Shown piece by piece: positions 61,069 through 64,000 of a stretch of DNA of 64,000 nucleotides (its first letter is position 1; each line of letters starts with the position of its first letter). The position numbers were made by a program, and so were the translations under genes. The DNA comes from Protoeuglena noctilucae. Lineage: Eukaryota. The notes beneath the pieces are model-generated. The model searched no databases, was not told the DNA's origin, and saw only the letters and a list, made by a program, of their open reading frames with translations. Location of the stretch: the NCBI GenBank assembly GCA_958009085.1, contig OY253689.1, positions 1-64,000 on the forward strand. Reading direction: 5' to 3'.

Positions 61069-63806
61069 ATGAACGCTTTGGAGGACTTGCTGAAGCGAGC
61101 GAATGAGAATGCGTCGGACCAACAGGTGCACAGAATGTTCATGTCGCGATACATGCATCGCTGAGCCCCCATCGCGATCGGGCACGAACGGGAGATGGGA
61201 TGGGCACATGGTGCGCGCAGGGCCAGGCCCAGTTCCTCCTGACGGCCCCGGAAGCCGAGCGAATGGTGGAGGGGATTGCGAGGTTCGAACCCGACGGCGT
61301 GGGCACGGTCAAGTGGCTTACCCAGCACGACTGGATCGAGAAGCTAAATTTGCAGGCGCATCAGAACGCCCGCCTCCACCAGGTGCGCGAGCCAGCGGAT
61401 GACTTGCGCTGCTGCATAGCGTCGCTATGGACGCATGTGGGATCGCGCATCGCTCGGACCTCGCCCTCGCGCGCGTCTGTATTTACGGCGCCACGCCAAA
61501 GAGCACCTGCATGGGTCTGCGCAGGACGAGTTTGTGATGGAGTTCCTGGCCTCGTACGACAAAATCAATGTGCTCATCCACGAGCTCCTCTCCACCGAGG
61601 TCTGGCGGGAGATGCTGTTTCCACGCCAGAGGGAGCACCTGGTGTGTGCCCGCATGGTCGTGGCCCCTGCCCACCCGCGCCCCTCGCCCTTCGGCGCCCC
61701 CGCATCCGTCGCTCCCGCTCCTGCCCTGATCCGCAGGCCAAGGAGGTCGACAACATCACCACGTACCAGCTGCTGTACCACGAGGGGGCCGTGGCGAACC
61801 TGCTGGAGATCTGCCTCTTCCACCCGTCCGCGCTGGAGGCGATAGACGAGGACCACATGATTGAGCTCGTTGACTGGTGCCAGTGGAAGGCGAGGATGCG
61901 CAGGGAGCATTGTTGGCCACCTTCGGTGCATGCCGGGGCAGCGACAACGGTCCGCGCCTGCGCTCCCCCTGCAGTTCCTGTACCTCAACACGCGAGCCCA
62001 CAAGGACAAGGAGTTTGAGAAACCGGACGCCAAGCGCCTCCTGTCCATGACTGAGCTGGACGAGCTCGATGAGAAGGACCGGGAGACGCGGTTTGGGGCG
62101 GCCATGTGCGCCCTCAGCATCTTCAGGTGTGACCTGACTCAGGGGAGCGCTGCAGAGGCCGCAGTTGATTCGTAAGCTTGGACTTCGACTACTCTCCGCC
62201 CTTCCCTCGGTGCTTGGCAGGTACGTGACGGACAACGCGGCACGCCTGTCCCTGGGCACCGTGTCGCGCATCCAGTCAACCCACGACATGCCCTTGGCGC
62301 TGCTGGCGATGCTGGACAACCCGCCGTGGGAGCGGCGCCGGGACGGGGTCCTCGAGGCGAGGGCGGCGCAGGCACTGGCAGTGCTGCGGAGGGTACAGGG
62401 ATGACGCGCCGTGTGCCAAACCTCGACCCTCGGTGCCCCGCAGCGCCTGGTGGAGAACAAGTGGACGGAGGTGGCGGGCGCGGAGCGCGTGCGTCTCTGC
62501 CAGAACGCCGCGCAGGTGTGGCTGGCCCTCAACAACCTGGTGGTGGACGACCGCTTCCGTCAGCGGTACCAGTGGGACGGGTTCCGCAAGGAGTCGCTGC
62601 AGAAGGTGAGGGGCAGTCGCACTGGGTGCCACTCTTGCAATAGCAGGCAATGTTGCCAATACCTGTCTGCCAGGCCCTCCTTGCTCCTATACCCCGCAGG
62701 CCAAGCGCCACATGAACGAGGTGCTGTTCGACCAGCTCCCGCCGCTCAAGGACCTGCAGCGGGTGGTGGAGGAAATCAACCTGGGGGCGCAGGCGGCCGC
62801 GGGTGCTGAGCCGGCCGGGCGTGGTCTGCTGATCCTGGAGCAGGTCCCGCACATCCGGGAGGGGATGCTGGCGTGCAAGGACTGGGACGCGGCAGCGCAG
62901 GTGGGGAGGGGTGGCAGCAGTGGCGGTTGTCACCATTTACTGACTCGCAAAGGCAGTTGCGACCCTCGTCATGTCGATGCCTAGTACACGACCAACTGCG
63001 TTCATCGGTCCGTGTGCCGCAGTCGATGGTGAACCGGGTTTTCCGTGCGGGGAAGAAGGAGCGTGACCAGTACACGCGGCAGCGCGTGGATGACATGGTG
63101 AAGGCATTTGAGATGATGATGGAGATGGAGGGGACGGGGGAGGGGGTGGCGCCGGGGAGGGGGGAGGAGGACGTCGTGTACTTCGAGAGCAAGCGCAAGG
63201 CAGCCGGGGGTGGGTGGGTCGTGCACGACCACTTCAGGCGAGAGATAGAAGGATCAAACGCGTCAGTCAAGGCCATTCAGAGGTGTGACGTCCAATGCTG
63301 AGTTGTGACCACTGAACACCGCCTCCCCCGCAGCTGCCCCGTGGACCGCGGGCGTGACCCGGAGGCGGTGGAGTTGACGGGGGAGGACGGGACGGTGGTG
63401 CGGGGGACGCGGATGCGGCTGGCACCCCCGGCCAGCAGCGGCGTGGTGCCCATGCCCAGCGCGGGCAAGGTGGTGGTGCGCCACCGGGGCATGCAATGCG
63501 AGGCGCTAATCGACCTCCCCGCGCCCCACACCAAGGACGCCATCGCGACGGGTGAGGGTCGCCGATGCACAGGGGGGCGCGCTTCATCACGAATCTCGCC
63601 ATGACTGTGACTCACCGCCACTCCCTCAACCCCTTGCAGTGCCTGGGGTGGTGTGGCTGACGATCGGCATCCTGGCCACGGACGGCTTTGCCCTCCAGCT
63701 GAAGCTCAAGCGCGACGCCGGCGCGGCGGTCAGGGACAAGGAGGCGGGGGTGTACTGCGCGTACGTGCCCGTGGGGGGTGCCGTGACGGTGCGGGACACG
63801 AGCTGA
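61069..63806 (+). CDS. ZMYND10: ZMYND10/BLU (DNAAF7) homolog lacking the C-terminal MYND finger; 11 exons
   Basis: KWLTQHDWIEKLNLQAH, DEFVMEFL.SYDKINVLIHELL.TEVWR, LYHEGAVANLLE..LFH, ELVDWC, QVWLALNNL and MNEVLFDQLPPLKDLQR. Confidence 0.9.
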
Positions 63807-63927
63807 CACGCGTGTGACTTGCGAGAGTCCTGGCGTGACGCAACCATGGAATCGCACGATTAAATAAGTGGAAGACGGTTTGACGAGAAAGGGCTGGTCA
63901 CATGGGAAGCACTTGCTAAGCGGAACG

Positions 63928-64000
63928 TCAGGCGAGCGTGGCCGTCACGTCGTCATAGGCCGCGGCGCAGGCGGCGACACCGAGGATGGCGCCCAGGGTA
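63928..64000 (-). CDS. 3' end of a gene continuing beyond the window
   Basis: Open frame TLGAILGVAACAAAYDDVTATLA* with GC3-rich codons, ending at TGA 63930-63928. Confidence 0.45.
   Translation of the reverse strand, partial: TLGAILGVAACAAAYDDVTATLA

Noticed and set aside
639..63333. GC-AG introns as an active Introner family
   Set aside because: I saw no sequence similarity among introns beyond the first ~6-7 nt, and no terminal inverted repeats or target-site duplications. An all-vs-all alignment would be decisive.
534..63806. Possible non-standard genetic code (TAA/TAG = Gln, as in some ulvophytes)
   Set aside because: In-frame stops fall inside removable introns, and TAG terminates syntaxin, DYM and CFAP46 at the expected C-termini.
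324..63857. Hundreds of long overlapping ORFs in the six-frame track (e.g. 324-1370, 4963-6243, 20082-21608, 44592-45890)
   Set aside because: These are antisense or off-frame shadows of real exons, caused by stop-codon scarcity at very high GC. The translations are Arg/Pro/Gly-rich with no recognisable motifs.
1..64000. tRNA, rRNA, transposase or reverse-transcriptase genes
   Set aside because: None recognised by eye. Small intronic ncRNAs (e.g. in the ~340-bp syntaxin intron 1) cannot be excluded without Infernal or tRNAscan.

Overview
Left end of a chromosome from a very GC-rich, intron-dense, flagellated eukaryote with a cyanobacterial-derived plastid. A green alga is the most likely source (inference). 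The window opens with about 225 bp of (CCCTAA)n telomere, and the first gene ends about 300 bp further in. The supplied ORF track is mostly GC-driven noise, so I spliced the genes by hand and obtained 17 complete genes plus one partial one. In order: MOR1/XMAP215 (-), cyanobacterial-type MurJ (+), a SAND-like/coiled-coil gene (+), TopBP1-like BRCT protein (-), patatin lipase (-), ZIP transporter (+), organellar RecG with an inserted DEDDh exonuclease (-), SMG7/EST1-like (+), syntaxin (+), ATX1-like copper chaperone (+), dymeclin (-), MPBQ/MSBQ methyltransferase (+), an uncharacterised EF-hand/p25-like gene (-), DNAAF1 (+), plastid GNAT (-), CFAP46 (+), ZMYND10 (+), and the 3' end of a further gene (-). 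Main findings: (1) roughly a quarter of hand-mapped introns (about 34 of about 140) use a GC 5' splice site with consensus AG|GCRAG; (2) RecG carries an internal DnaQ-like exonuclease with intact catalytic motifs; (3) a plastid peptidoglycan flippase is present; (4) ZMYND10 has an unrelated C-terminal domain in place of the MYND finger; (5) the ATX1 gene has a putative myristoylation micro-exon. All gene models are manual, with no RNA-seq or database search, and exact boundaries may be off by a few bases.
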